From Epithemia pelagica (taxonomy: Eukaryota; Protista; Bacillariophyta): DNA of 64,000 nucleotides. A program made the translations under genes and the position numbers. This document shows, piece by piece, positions 1 to 11,427 of this stretch. The notes below the pieces were generated by a model. The model was not told the DNA's origin, did no database searches, and worked only from the letters and a program-made list of their open reading frames with translations. The stretch spans positions 3,410,001 through 3,474,000 of the forward strand of contig OX337232.1 in assembly GCA_946965045.2 (NCBI GenBank), in the 5' to 3' direction. The number at the start of each line of letters is the position of its first letter. The first letter of the stretch is position 1.

Positions 1-3000
1 CTGTGCCGACGCACACGTCCTAAGTATTTGTTCTCTGCAGACTGCAGCGCAAACGCAAGTCGACACTACTTGTGCACCTTAATTCCAGGTAGAATCGCGA
101 AATCTGCGATCTGCATCACCTTTTGGCAATGCCTCCACACTTCTGTGTTTTTTGCCTGTGTTTTGCTCTGAACCTCTCCTGCTTCTGGCTCTCTTGCTTT
201 CCTTTTGCCTTCCACCATGTCTTCATCCACTGCCCCTGAAAATCCTAAGGAAGATTTCAAGGCTGCCGTTAAACGCTGTGGATACAATGATGCCACCGTT
301 ATCTACATCATTGAGCAGGGTTTTGATGATGCTCAATCGTTCATGACTGTTGCGGTCCATCAAGTGCCGTCGATGTTGAAGATGATGGCGAAGACCCCTC
401 CAGAGAACGGGGCCTTTCCCTTCAGTGCTAACCTGCAGCTCCACGGTTTCCGAATGTGGCTCGAATACCGTTCGTCTCGTGGTCAGGCTCTTAAAGTCTC
501 ACTTTTCTCTGATCCGCCCCTGATCAAGAAATGGACTAAACGTACCCAGGAACTGTTTGCACTCAACAAGGAAGTTGCCTCCGATGAACTGACCCCACCG
601 AAAGAGTTGACTTCGTTTACTCAGTGGGAGGTGTTTAACGATGCCTTGCTCACGTTCCTCGCACAGCATCGCAATCCCACAACGGGTGTCCCTTTGACAT
701 ACGTCCTTCGTGAAACTAAGCCTGTTGGTTCTGAAGCAAGGAATGCTGCCTACGATACTATTGATGACGATTTGATTGCTACTACTATCCTGCAAGGTGA
801 TCAGTATGCCCTTGACAATCAACGCGTCTTCACACTGATGAAACCTTTTCTTGTTGGCGGACCTGGCCTGACGTTCATCAAGCCACACCAGAAGAAGAAG
901 GACGGCCGTGAAGCGTATCTTGCGTTGACTCGCCAAGCTACTGGAACAGCAGCTGTCACCATCCGCAAGAAAGAAGCATACGCTGCTATTGCCGACGCGA
1001 AGTTTACAGGCCGCGGTCGTTTCTCGTATCAACAATATGTTCACCGCCATCAGAAAGCTCATAATACGTTGGCTGAACTTGATGAACCCGTTGCCGAAAC
1101 CAAAAAGGTAACCGATTTCCTCAAAGGTATATCGGATCCCTCTTTGGCGGCGGGAAAGACGGTCGTCAACGGTGACGCAGCAAAGCTTTCTGATTTTGAA
1201 GCATGCCAGCAGTATTTTGGCACGTTGATTGCTGCATCCCGTACCGACAAGACCAATGACGAGAATCGAAAGATTGCTGGTGTGGGTACGACTAAGACTA
1301 GTGGAAAGAAGAATGGTCGTAACAAGCAGAATAAAAAGAAGACGCGTCATTACAGTTTGGATGAATGGCGCAAGCTCTCTGATGAAGAGAAGGCCGAAAT
1401 CCTCCGTGCCCGTAAAGAACAGAAAGACGCTAATGGAAAGCGCAAGGCCGGAGCCGTGCGCACTGAAGATGAAAATGGCTCTCGCAAGTTGAGTAAAACT
1501 GAAACTCCAAAGTCTGATGACATGAAATTGGAGACCATTGACCTGGATGGCGACGACGCGCCGAACCATTCCGAGCCTGATCCTCCTGTTGCTGATGAAC
1601 CGACTGTTCCCAAAACCTCAGCCGGAAACAGTTTCGGACGCTTTGCCCATAGTAAAAAAGGATCTACAAAGCCGCACAACCCTGATGAAACCAAGGAGCC
1701 TACAACTGCCGTTGCGAAAGCTGCCCTTGCTGATAAGGCCACAAAGCAGACCTGAGGCTGTGTGCCCAGTGATGAAATTGATAAAACGAATCTTATCCGT
1801 CCACATTTCTCACTTGTAGGCACCCCTACCTTCAGCTTAGCCTTTGCACACCGTTTATGTGCTGCCGTATCACAGTCCCATGCCACTGATCCGATTGATC
1901 TGACATGTGAAATGGACTCGCATGCTGACACTTGTTGTGTTGGTCGCAACTTTGTAAAATTCAGGGAACCTGACCGTTACATCACTGTTTCCCCATTCTC
2001 AGAGGAATATAAACCCCTCAAGCGTATCCCCGTCACCACGACCGCCACTGTCTGGACTGATGCCCACAACAATAGTTATCTATTGCTGTTTCACGAGTCG
2101 TTATTCTTCGGGGACCGATTGTCCCAATCATTGATTTGTCCCAATCAACTGCGTTCAAACGGCCTCATTGTCCATGATGTGCCGCGTCAGTTTGACCCTT
2201 ACAGCACACACAGCATTCGTATTCCCGATGCTGACCTGACCATTCCTCTAGAAATGTCCGGTGTTATCTCTGGCTTCGCGACCACGAAGCCAACCCCGGA
2301 GGAGCTCGAGTCGCTCCCACGGATAGTCATGACTGCTGATTCGGTGTGGCACCCTCATTCGTCCACCTTTGCTGCCGCGGAGGAGAAAGCCAATGCATCC
2401 AATGCATCTGCTGTCCGCCAAGTTGATCCGAATTCGATTGCCGCATCCTGTGTCCCGCGATTGGTTGCTGCCGTCCGATCATACGACGACACCTATGGCT
2501 ATTGCATGGAACTTGAGAATGACGAGGATGAACTATGCAACCGCTTAGTTGCTGCCGTTCGAGTGTCCCATCCACCAAGTGCCGAGGACACTGTGGACAT
2601 TGAGGACCTTGATCCCGACGAATACTTTCTCAAAGCCGTTAAGTCTGCTTCGTCACGACCAACGAAAGCCGTAAAAGTCTTGCCATCTTCTTCTAAGCCT
2701 GTACTTGATCCCCAGACCTTGTCTTCTCGATGGAATGTCGGCCTAACTAAGGCCAAGAAGACTTTACAAGTGACAACCCAGGCTGGGGTCCGAAATGTCC
2801 TTGTCCCATCCGAACGCAAGGTCCGAAAGAAAGCTCCATGGCTCAAATTCCCGAATGTCAAGGGACGATGGTTTTGCGACGAGATGTTCTCCAAGTGCCC
2901 ATCGCTTGATCTTCACACGGGTGCTTCCGTATTTACTGATGGAAAGGGCTATGATTTTGTCTATCCCTGGAAATCAAAGAAGCAACACCCTGAAGGTCTG

Positions 3001-5486
3001 ATGTCCCTTATCCAGAATGTCGGAATTCCTCAGACGTTAATTTCTGATGGTGCGCAAGAGCTATTTCATGGACGTTCTCGTGAGATCTGTAATGAGTACC
3101 GTATCAAACAAGAAGTGACCGTCCCATACAGTCAATGGCAGAATGCCGCGGAAGCGAGCATCCGTGAGTTGAAGAAAGGTGTTATTAGGAAGTTACGTCA
3201 AACTGGTGCACCACGACGCACATGGTCCTATGCGCTGAAGTGGGTTGCCTCTGTCCGCCAGTTAACTGCCTCTGATATCCCTGAACTTAATGGACGAACG
3301 CCATTTGAACACGTTCTTGGATCGACACCCGACATCTCTCCCATGGCTTTGTTTGATTTCTATCAACCTGTATACTATTATACGCCGTCGCATGACTTCC
3401 CTCATGAGCGTAAATGTATTGGGCGCTGGCTTGGTCTTGCCGATGACTGTATTGATGACATGGCTTTCAACGTCTTGACAGAGAAAGGTCGAGTTATTGT
3501 CCGAAAAGATGTGTGGGCAATCCCTGACGACGATATGAAAAATCCCACAATCCGTCAACAACTGGAAGTCTATGATGGTCTTATCAAAACTCTCCTCGTG
3601 GATACATCGCCGTCTTCCGATGAAGATGCCGCCAACGTTTCCCCTGATCCACCCGATGATTTCTTTGGAGAAGACGAAAGCGAATCTCTCTTTCCTGCTG
3701 CTCTTGACTCCGATACACCTCTCCCTGATGCTGACGACTACACTCCGGAGGAGTTAGATGAATATCTCACAGCCGAAGTCATGCTGCCGCATGGCGGGGA
3801 CCAGGCCAGAGCCAAGATCATAGGCCGCTCCAAGGATGAACATGGCCGACCAATTGGCAAACGTGATCCAAATCCAATCTTAGACACACGTTTCTATGAC
3901 GTGCTGTATCCCGATGGATCGACCGAATCTCTTGCTGCCAATCTCATTGCCGAGAACCTTTACTCTCAAGTCGACACTGAGGGCAACTCCTATGCCATTG
4001 TAAAGGATATCATTGGACATCGCAAAACCAAGGACGCTGTCCTCCGAACGGATCCGGACTGGTTGAATGGCCGTAAACGCCATACAACCGTTGGTTGGGA
4101 ACATGAGTGTGAACTCTCCGATGGTTCTACTGTTTGGATCCCTCTCAAAGATCTCAAAAACGATTCGCCTGTACAACTAGCCGAATATGCTGTTGCGGCG
4201 GGGCTTGCCAAAGAACCGGCCTATGCCTGGTGGGTTCCACATACGTTACGCAAACGTGGTGTGATTCTTGCGAAAGTAAAATCTCGCTATTGGAAACGTA
4301 CCCACAAATATGGTATTGAACTGCCCAAAACCGTTCAAGAAGCTCTTGAGATTGATCGTCGAACGGGGACTGATTTCTGGCGGAAAGCCATCGAAAAGGA
4401 GATGAAAAATGTTCGCATTGCCTTTGAATTCCGTGATGATGACAAAGTACCAATTGGATACAAACATATCCCATGTCATATGGTCTTTGATATCAAGTCT
4501 GATCTTCGCCGCAAAGCCCGACTGGTTGCCGGTGGGCATAAGACTGATCCACCGAAGGAATCCACGTACTCCAGTGTTGTATCCCGTGATAGCGTACGAA
4601 TTGCATTCACTATCGCTGCCCTTAATGGCCTGGACGTGTTGGCCGGGGACGTACAAAATGCATACCTCAATGCACCAACAAAAGAGCGAACTTATATTAC
4701 GGCGGGACTAGAATTTGGTCCCGAAAACGTTGGCCGACCTGCACTGATTGTTCGTGCTCTGTATGGTTTGAAGAGTTCTGCTGCTCGTTGGCGTGATCAC
4801 ATTGCCGCAACACTTCGTGAAATGAAGTTCAATAGTTGCTTGGCTGACCCTGATGTCTGGCTTCGACCTCAAGTCCGACCATCTGATGGGTTCCAATACT
4901 ATGAGTACGTACTTGTCTACATAGACGACATACTCTGTGTCAGTCATGATCCGCGATCGATCATGAATGATCTGGAAAAACGGTATACCATCAAACCCGA
5001 GAGTATTAAAGACCCAGACGAATACTTGGGATCTGAGATTCGACACTATACCATACCAGATACTGACGATCCTGAGAACAAACCCCGATGGGCCATGTCC
5101 TCCGACAAATATGTTAAACGTGCCATATCTGAAATTGAGACCGAACTGTCTAAAGTTGGCCAAAAGCTACAGACACGAGTCTCGACTCCGCTTGCCACTG
5201 GGTATCGTCCTGAGATCGACTCATCTCCTGAACTGGACCCCCGACGTGCGAATTACTATCAGGGACTAATTGGTATCCTTCGTTGGGTTGTGGAACTTGG
5301 TCGTATCGATATCATTGTTGCCGTATCACAACTGTCCCGATATCTAGCCATGCCACGTGAAGGACACCTCGAACAAGCCTTGCACATTTTTGCATACCTA
5401 AAAGCGCATGGACGTTCCACCCTAGTGTTCGACGACACAACTCCGACCTTCGACGAGGATCGTTTCTTCCAGGCAGACTGGTCTGT
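1..5486 (+). mobile_element. Ty1/copia (CoDi-like) LTR retrotransposon, element 1; 5' LTR outside the window, 3' end truncated before RNase H
   Basis: gag ORF followed by protease (MDSHADTCC), integrase core (ISDGAQE...QNAAEASIRE) and RT (HMVFDIK, YVLVYIDD, LGRIDI) in copia order. Homology stops at ADWS (~5486); no RNase H or 3' LTR follows. Confidence 0.9.
205..1755 (+). CDS. gag: Gag protein of copia element 1 (516 aa)
   Basis: ORF directly upstream of pol. Shares the NPTTGVPLTYVLR-type and YSLDEWRKLSDEE-type motifs with the other gags in this window; no CCHC knuckle. Confidence 0.85.
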   Translation: MPSTMSSSTAPENPKEDFKAAVKRCGYNDATVIYIIEQGFDDAQSFMTVAVHQVPSMLKMMAKTPPENGAFPFSANLQLHGFRMWLEYRSSRGQALKVSLFSDPPLIKKWTKRTQELFALNKEVASDELTPPKELTSFTQWEVFNDALLTFLAQHRNPTTGVPLTYVLRETKPVGSEARNAAYDTIDDDLIATTILQGDQYALDNQRVFTLMKPFLVGGPGLTFIKPHQKKKDGREAYLALTRQATGTAAVTIRKKEAYAAIADAKFTGRGRFSYQQYVHRHQKAHNTLAELDEPVAETKKVTDFLKGISDPSLAAGKTVVNGDAAKLSDFEACQQYFGTLIAASRTDKTNDENRKIAGVGTTKTSGKKNGRNKQNKKKTRHYSLDEWRKLSDEEKAEILRARKEQKDANGKRKAGAVRTEDENGSRKLSKTETPKSDDMKLETIDLDGDDAPNHSEPDPPVADEPTVPKTSAGNSFGRFAHSKKGSTKPHNPDETKEPTTAVAKAALADKATKQT

Positions 5487-5529
5487 ACGACCCCGATTGC
5501 GTTTTCTAGCACAACGTGTTTTGTGGTGA
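1756..5529 (+). pseudogene. pol: Pol (protease-integrase-RT) of element 1, in frame with gag after one TGA; lacks RNase H
   Basis: Frame continues from TGA 1753-1755 as GGC TGT GTG CCC. PR, IN and RT motifs are present; the last ~14 codons are unrelated sequence. Confidence 0.85.
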
Positions 5530-6093
5530 TTACATGATCGAATTCATTGTCCTCACACCCCTCTTTTATTGTCCGAATAGACACCCCTCTTAATTGAGAA
5601 AAAATAGTCCTGATGGACCGGCCTCTGCTGAAACAAGTCGTGGGCGACCTAGTCGAAATGCTTCCGATCTAGCTCGCGGGGACTGAATAAATCCCGCCAA
5701 CAGGTCGCATATTGGCGGATACATGGTCGCATATTGGCGAATATGCATCGCCTACATATGCTGCTACGCATCTAGTTTTCTAGTCATAATTTTTGATCTA
5801 GCCACTTGTTGCACGCCGTATACACCGTGTTGTAGCGTGTAGTGGCAGGATTTATACAGTTGCAAAAGAAACCTTCTTAGAAGTCCATTGTGCTGCTCCA
5901 TCGATCCCGGTGTAGTACCTAGTAGTACGACTCGGCTGGTCACTCTCTCGGTGTGGAATCTATAGTGGGAACACTCTTTGGTGGTTGTCGTATCTTCCCA
6001 CAGACCTTTTCCTTCTGGATTGACCGTCTTGTTCAATTTGCCGCACTCTACGACACAACCAGCAGCATGGTATCGACATCTTCCTCCTCGGCC

Positions 6094-6180
6094 ATGGATG
6101 GCATTGCCATTGTTCGCACCTATATTGATCGCATGTTGGATCCCAGCAACAACAATAGCACGACCCGGAACAACAACAGC

Positions 6181-6212
<32 letters not shown>

Positions 6213-8127
6213 GACGTTGATGAAGGCCTTCTTGTTGGATGCTGTGACGACGCAAATAGTGTCGGCCGTGTACAGTCAAACCGAACTCTTGCAACAGCAA
6301 GTGTATTTGGTGACCCGGTTGGACGACCTTACCAGCCGACAACGACAATCACAATCACAAGCAGCAGACGACGAAGATGTGAGTCATTTGACGGCCATTT
6401 GTTGTTGTCGTCCGACACCGCAAAATGTGCAAGCAATTGGCGACAGTGTGGCACGTTGTCAATTTGCCGCCTATTCCATTTATTTTACCGCGCCCGTACC
6501 CATGGGCTTGTTGCGCGTCTTGGCCGAACACGATGGTCCGTACGAACGCATTGTTTCGGTGCAGGAATATTTTTGCGACTTTTGTCCCGTCAATGCACAT
6601 GTCTGGACGCTCAACAGTGGTCCGACGAGTTTGGTCTTGACCACGGCCGCCGGTACCAGTTGGGCGCCCAAATATGCCGCCCAATACGAACGACACTTGC
6701 TCGGCTTGCAAAGCATGTTGTTGGCCCTACGGCGACAACCCGTTTGTATCCGCTATGCCGGTCATTCCGCTTGTGCCGAAGAATTGGCCCAAGATTTGCA
6801 CGAAGCCATTGTTGCCGATGATATCTTTCATTTTCGAGGCATTACGGGCACGAGCAACATGCATCATGCTACCACCACCACCACCACACCAGCCTCGCAA
6901 GGAGGAGCCTCCCAGCAACCGCAACCACAACCACCCTTGCATCCTGCACAATCCTCCTCACAGAATGGCGGTGGTGGTTTGGTGGTGTTGATTTTGGATC
7001 GTCGCGACGATCCAGTGACACCCCTCTTGTCGCAATGGACCTATCAGGCCATGGTGCATGAATTGTTGGGTCTCAACAATCATCGCGTCGTCCTCAAGGG
7101 TGCCCCCAATATGGACAATCCCGAATTGGACGAAGTTGTCTTGTCCACGGCATCCGATGCCTTTTTTGCCCAACATTTGCATTCCAATTTTGGTGAATTG
7201 GGCGAAGCCATTCAATTACTGTTACAGCAATATCAACAAGCCCAACAACACTCGACCAGTCACGCCCAATTTCAAACGGTCGAAGAAATGCAAGCCTTTA
7301 TGGAAAAATTTCCCGAATTGCGCAGTCAATCGCATACCGTGAGCAAACATGTCGCTCTCATGAGTGAATTGGCCCGGTTGGTGGAAACCTGCAGTTTGTT
7401 GGATGTTTCGCAATTGGAACAAGAATTGGCCAGCAATCATCCGACCTCCTTGTCGTCGACGGCCAGTGGTGGCGGCGACGATCATTCCAGTCATTGGCGT
7501 CAAGTCTTGGAAAAATTGAATTCACCGACCATCAAGGTGCCCGACAAGTTGCGCTTGGGCTTGTTGTATGCCCTTCGGTACGAATCGCTCGGCAATTTGC
7601 ACATGTTGCAATCGGCCATGATCAAGGGTGGGGTGCCCACCGACATGGTCCAATCCTTGGTTCCCACACTCTTACGGTATGGGGGTCGCAAATCCCGGGG
7701 ACCCGGCTTGTTTGGACACCATCAAGAACAGTATAGCAGTCAACCAAATGTCATGACCAAAATGATTACCACGGCCTGGTCGGGGGTCGTGGCCGGCGGG
7801 GTCGCGGGCGTGGACAATGTCTATGCGCAACATGTGCCACTCGTCTTGGAAACCCTCCAAGCCTTGACCAAGGGCAAATTGTCGACCAAAACCCATCCCA
7901 TGGTCCCCGGAAGTTGTTACCATCCGGGCATTCCCAGTAATACCGCCAGTACGTGGATTCCTCATCAAGTCTTGGTCTTCATGGTCGGTGGTATCACGTA
8001 CGAAGAAGGGACCAAAATTCATCAAACCTTTTCTTCGGGTAATGGGAATCCCCACATTGTCTTGGCGGGATCGACCGTGCACAATTCCACCAGCTTTTTG
8101 GATGAACTCAAGGCCACGGCACTCTAA
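6094..8127 (+). CDS. VPS45: Sec1/Munc18-family vacuolar protein sorting protein 45
   Basis: N-terminus MKAFLLDAVTTQIVSAVYSQTELLQQQVYL, LLILDRRDDPVTPLLSQWTYQAMVHELLG and C-terminal VFMVGGITYEE...GSTVHNSTSFL match Vps45. Single open frame. Start chosen at MDGIAIV; ATG 6067 is an alternative. Confidence 0.92.
6169..6210 (+). repeat. (AAC)n microsatellite encoding poly-Asn in VPS45
   Basis: Run of aac triplets with one agc interruption. Confidence 0.95.
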
Positions 8128-8916
8128 GAAAAAGAACCACCACCATCACAAGAATGAGTATTATAGAGATGTACCAGAATCCACCACCGAGCCTTGCGCC
8201 AAGGAATCCACAAACTATACTAGGTCCATGAGGAGGAGCGAGTGTGGCAATTCCGTCTCTGATGGGTGGGCCCTTGCAACAACGAACCAATACGATCGTC
8301 CATTCGTATACCAATGTCTGTAGACACACTCGATTCGTGGACCACGACCAGCGACAACCACCACCACCACCACAAGTCCATGATTCTTGTTGGAAGGAGC
8401 AACACTCTACTATAGCAAACACGCCATCATCGAAACGAACCAACTACATATTAGTATGCTAGTAGAGAACTATAGGGATGGAGGCCGTGTCCGTGTCTGC
8501 CCAAGCACACATTTGCGGTGTGCGGATGTGTCGAGATCATCTTTGTCTCTCGCTAGCTAGTAGTAGAGAATCATAGAGGGCATGCCCCTGACGTTTTGGA
8601 TTGACCAACCAGCGGAGGACTCTTCTCCTCAACTATATAATATGTTGCGTCGTTGGCTCTGCACAAGATTTCGCAAGGCACGACAGTTTTTCCTTGCTCG
8701 ACTTGCGGAACATGCACCATTTTGTGAAGGGACGTTTGAAGTTCCTTCCGAAACATTGCTTCGAACCATTCCTCCTCGTCCATATAAAGTCCGGACCGCA
8801 GTACGGACAACGCGAGTCGCGCACCAACAGAGGGGAGTGCGGTTTCTCGAATGGAATACATGACGCGAAGCGAATGGAATACCGATTTCGACCGAGGAGC
8901 AATGTGTCGATTGCAA

Positions 8917-10791
8917 TCACTCCTCAAGAACGTGTAACTCAAATTTCTGCTTCTTGGACGGCTGTGTCGATCCAAGCTGGTACCGGTGCATTCGGCCCGT
9001 CGTTCCCTGTATTTCGTGGCGCGGAAGGTTGGCCGGTGGCTCGGGGAGCTTGACAAAATCCGGTATTTCGATCACCCACTGATAGGGTGGCTGTTTTCTG
9101 GAGACTGTGGTGGCAGCGTTTGCATGATTCGTATCGTTCCGCTCGTCTTCAAACTGAAACAAGAAGGACTGAAAACAAACGGTGGGGACGCAGAATGCAG
9201 TGATACAGGGACCATCAAACTCCTTGACCATGGTCCGCACGGCCTGGTCGAGATCCGTCCGCACGGATTGTTTCATGGAGTGCTTGGCGAGTCGACGCAG
9301 TCCGGATGCGCCCGAAACCGTCATTTGGAGCAACAGCGCCACGTGTTTTTGCGCTGGTAACCCAACCGCTTCCCCGGGGACCGTCGTAATCGCATCGTAC
9401 ATGGGAAACGTGCGGGAGGATTCGGGCCGGAGATAGGTGCCCAGCTCTACGGTATCGCGTGGAAACGTGTCGGTCCAACCGGTGCCGCCGTCTCGACCAA
9501 CAGGAAATCGTCTTTGGCTCCGTACGGGAAGAACTGTGGAAGCGTAACTGTTCTGGTTGTTACCATCCGAACGAGTGACTCGGAGATTGACCTCCACATC
9601 AGAAGAGCACAATAATTTGTGCGCATACGTTTCAAACAGAATTCCGTACACCGCTTCCACTCCCTTGTCGCTGGCAAACAGTCTCAGCGACTTTTTCATT
9701 TGGTCCAGACTGTACTGTTGGAATACCGTCGCGAACCGATCCGAAACCAAGTCGGACCCCAGAACAAGGGTCGGATTCCGGAATTCATTAGAGCCGTTGG
9801 ATGGAAAGAGTGGTTGGTTCTGGTCAAACTCCACCTCAAGGTGTACCAGACAGCCACGGTGATGACGAGTCCGGCGAGCAATGCCGACGCCATGATGGTG
9901 GACCACATGGTCCACGTTCGCCTTGAGTTCCTCCCAGGCATTGGTTTCGGTGGACCTTCCCCAGTGACGGATATTCCCTCCAAACTTGCGGAACCGGTCT
10001 CTCAAAGAGGAGGCGGCGTCGCCATGGGTGTTGCACAGGACACCTCGGTCCACAAAAAGGTTGGCTCGGTTGGAGAGGATTTCCTCCTCTTGAAAGAATG
10101 GCAAACAAAATTCCGTGTTGGGCTTTCGACCCTTGGTATTCCAGAGAGGTACCAAGGCATGGCCGTACGACAGAATGATCACTGTCGATGTAGCAAGTGA
10201 CTCCATTCCACCCACGGTACAGTCCATGGCGGGGTCATGAATCGCGTAGAGGTGGGGATCCAAAAGGAGACTGGTCAGTCGAATAAAATTGCTGACCCAG
10301 GACCCCATGTAAATGGTCCGGCCATGGAGGTCGTATTCCTGATTGAGACCATACTTGATCACATCATCCTTGGAACCAGAAATGACGGTAGCAAACCTTC
10401 CATCCCAATAGACCACCCCGTTCACGGATAATTCTGGATTCAAAAAGACATGTCTCAACAGAACCAACCCAAAAATCGTTTTGCCAATTCCAGGCGTTCC
10501 TCCCACAATGAGGCGTTGGCCGTTTCTCAATTGATCCACAACGAGCGGCAACAAGTGACCATAACAGTCCCGAATGACAATTCGTTTTGCTTCTATCCAC
10601 GAGGCTGTTGTTTCGTTCGAGACCTCCAGGTACGGGTTTTCACCGTCTCGTTGTGCGCCCGTCGTCGTGGGCCTCTCCTCGCGGGCCGTCAAAATGTCGT
10701 ACAGAGAGTTGTGCCGTGCCTTCACATCATAGTCCACAAAAGGGAGAATATTGTTCACAAACGATGGGTGTGGAATAATCTCGGAGCTCAT
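8917..10791 (-). CDS. Crinkler/RHS-like P-loop NTPase with C-terminal restriction-endonuclease-like domain (~624 aa)
   Basis: Walker A IVGGTPGIGKT preceded by the IRDCY motif; C-terminal YLRPESSRTFPMYDAI...LLQMTVS resembles CR-REase modules. ATG 10791 chosen because the upstream extension runs through non-coding repeats. Confidence 0.7.
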   Translation of the reverse strand: MSSEIIPHPSFVNNILPFVDYDVKARHNSLYDILTAREERPTTTGAQRDGENPYLEVSNETTASWIEAKRIVIRDCYGHLLPLVVDQLRNGQRLIVGGTPGIGKTIFGLVLLRHVFLNPELSVNGVVYWDGRFATVISGSKDDVIKYGLNQEYDLHGRTIYMGSWVSNFIRLTSLLLDPHLYAIHDPAMDCTVGGMESLATSTVIILSYGHALVPLWNTKGRKPNTEFCLPFFQEEEILSNRANLFVDRGVLCNTHGDAASSLRDRFRKFGGNIRHWGRSTETNAWEELKANVDHVVHHHGVGIARRTRHHRGCLVHLEVEFDQNQPLFPSNGSNEFRNPTLVLGSDLVSDRFATVFQQYSLDQMKKSLRLFASDKGVEAVYGILFETYAHKLLCSSDVEVNLRVTRSDGNNQNSYASTVLPVRSQRRFPVGRDGGTGWTDTFPRDTVELGTYLRPESSRTFPMYDAITTVPGEAVGLPAQKHVALLLQMTVSGASGLRRLAKHSMKQSVRTDLDQAVRTMVKEFDGPCITAFCVPTVCFQSFLFQFEDERNDTNHANAATTVSRKQPPYQWVIEIPDFVKLPEPPANLPRHEIQGTTGRMHRYQLGSTQPSKKQKFELHVLEE

Positions 10792-10839
10792 GGGAAAGTG
10801 ACTTCTCCTAAAAATAAGAAGAGAAAAAATTGATGCGAT

Positions 10840-10910
10840 TGGTCGCGTTTTGATGACGTCATTTTCATCAAATTTTCGATCGAATTTTGGTCGCATTTTG
10901 ATGACGTCAT
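10840..10910. promoter_or_regulatory. 23 bp direct repeat, each copy containing a perfect TGACGTCA palindrome (10854-10861, 10902-10909)
   Basis: tggtcgc(g/a)ttttgatgacgtcat occurs twice, 48 bp apart, ~50-120 bp upstream of the NTPase-nuclease ATG. Function is inferred only. Confidence 0.35.
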
Positions 10911-10995
10911 GGATATGGAAAATGGAAATGCGGTATCTTTTGTGTCTGATGTCTGATTGCAATTGGAAGCATGTGTCGGTTCGGTGATTCCTCCA

Positions 10996-11053
10996 TGTCG
11001 ATGGGGCAACAAGCAAGCAATGTCGTCGTGTCGATGGGGCAACAAGCAAGCAA
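10996..11053. repeat. 25 bp direct repeat
   Basis: tgtcgatggggcaacaagcaagcaa at 10996-11020 and 11029-11053. Confidence 0.9.
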
Positions 11054-11427
11054 GATGACCACTGACAAAAGAACCGCCACACGTTTGTGTGGGGACAGTC
11101 CTGTTGGAACGACTCGTAACTGTCACCAACTTGTTGTTGTTGCTGGTGATTTTTGGAGTATGTATTCTGTATCGATCGGTTCTGATATATTATTATGTTG
11201 AATTTTAGAATGGTATGTAAAATGTGTTTTAGTGTGTGTCCTAAAACTTGGTGTGTGTTTGCTTCGGCGTCACTCTCCTACAGCAAACGAATGCTTGTCT
11301 CCCCTGTCTTTTGTTTGTCGTGACGAAATCTCCCAGTGTCAGCTTCCCCCTTTTGTTGTTGTATCATGTGGTCCAATACGAATCGTATACTCCAGTGCTC
11401 CGAAAACGCGTAAAGAAATAGGAATGA

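Noticed and set aside
1753-1755. Idea that UGA is globally reassigned in this organism
   Set aside because: TGA terminates ordinary genes here (cyclase-PDE copy B, transposase), so any readthrough must be context-specific.
5953-6093. Upstream GTG-initiated extension of VPS45 in the ORF track
   Set aside because: No Sec1-family similarity before MDGIAIV.
8571-9056. Overlapping 90-160 aa ORFs on both strands between VPS45 and the NTPase gene
   Set aside because: No motifs, and no convincing splice or frameshift link to either neighbour.
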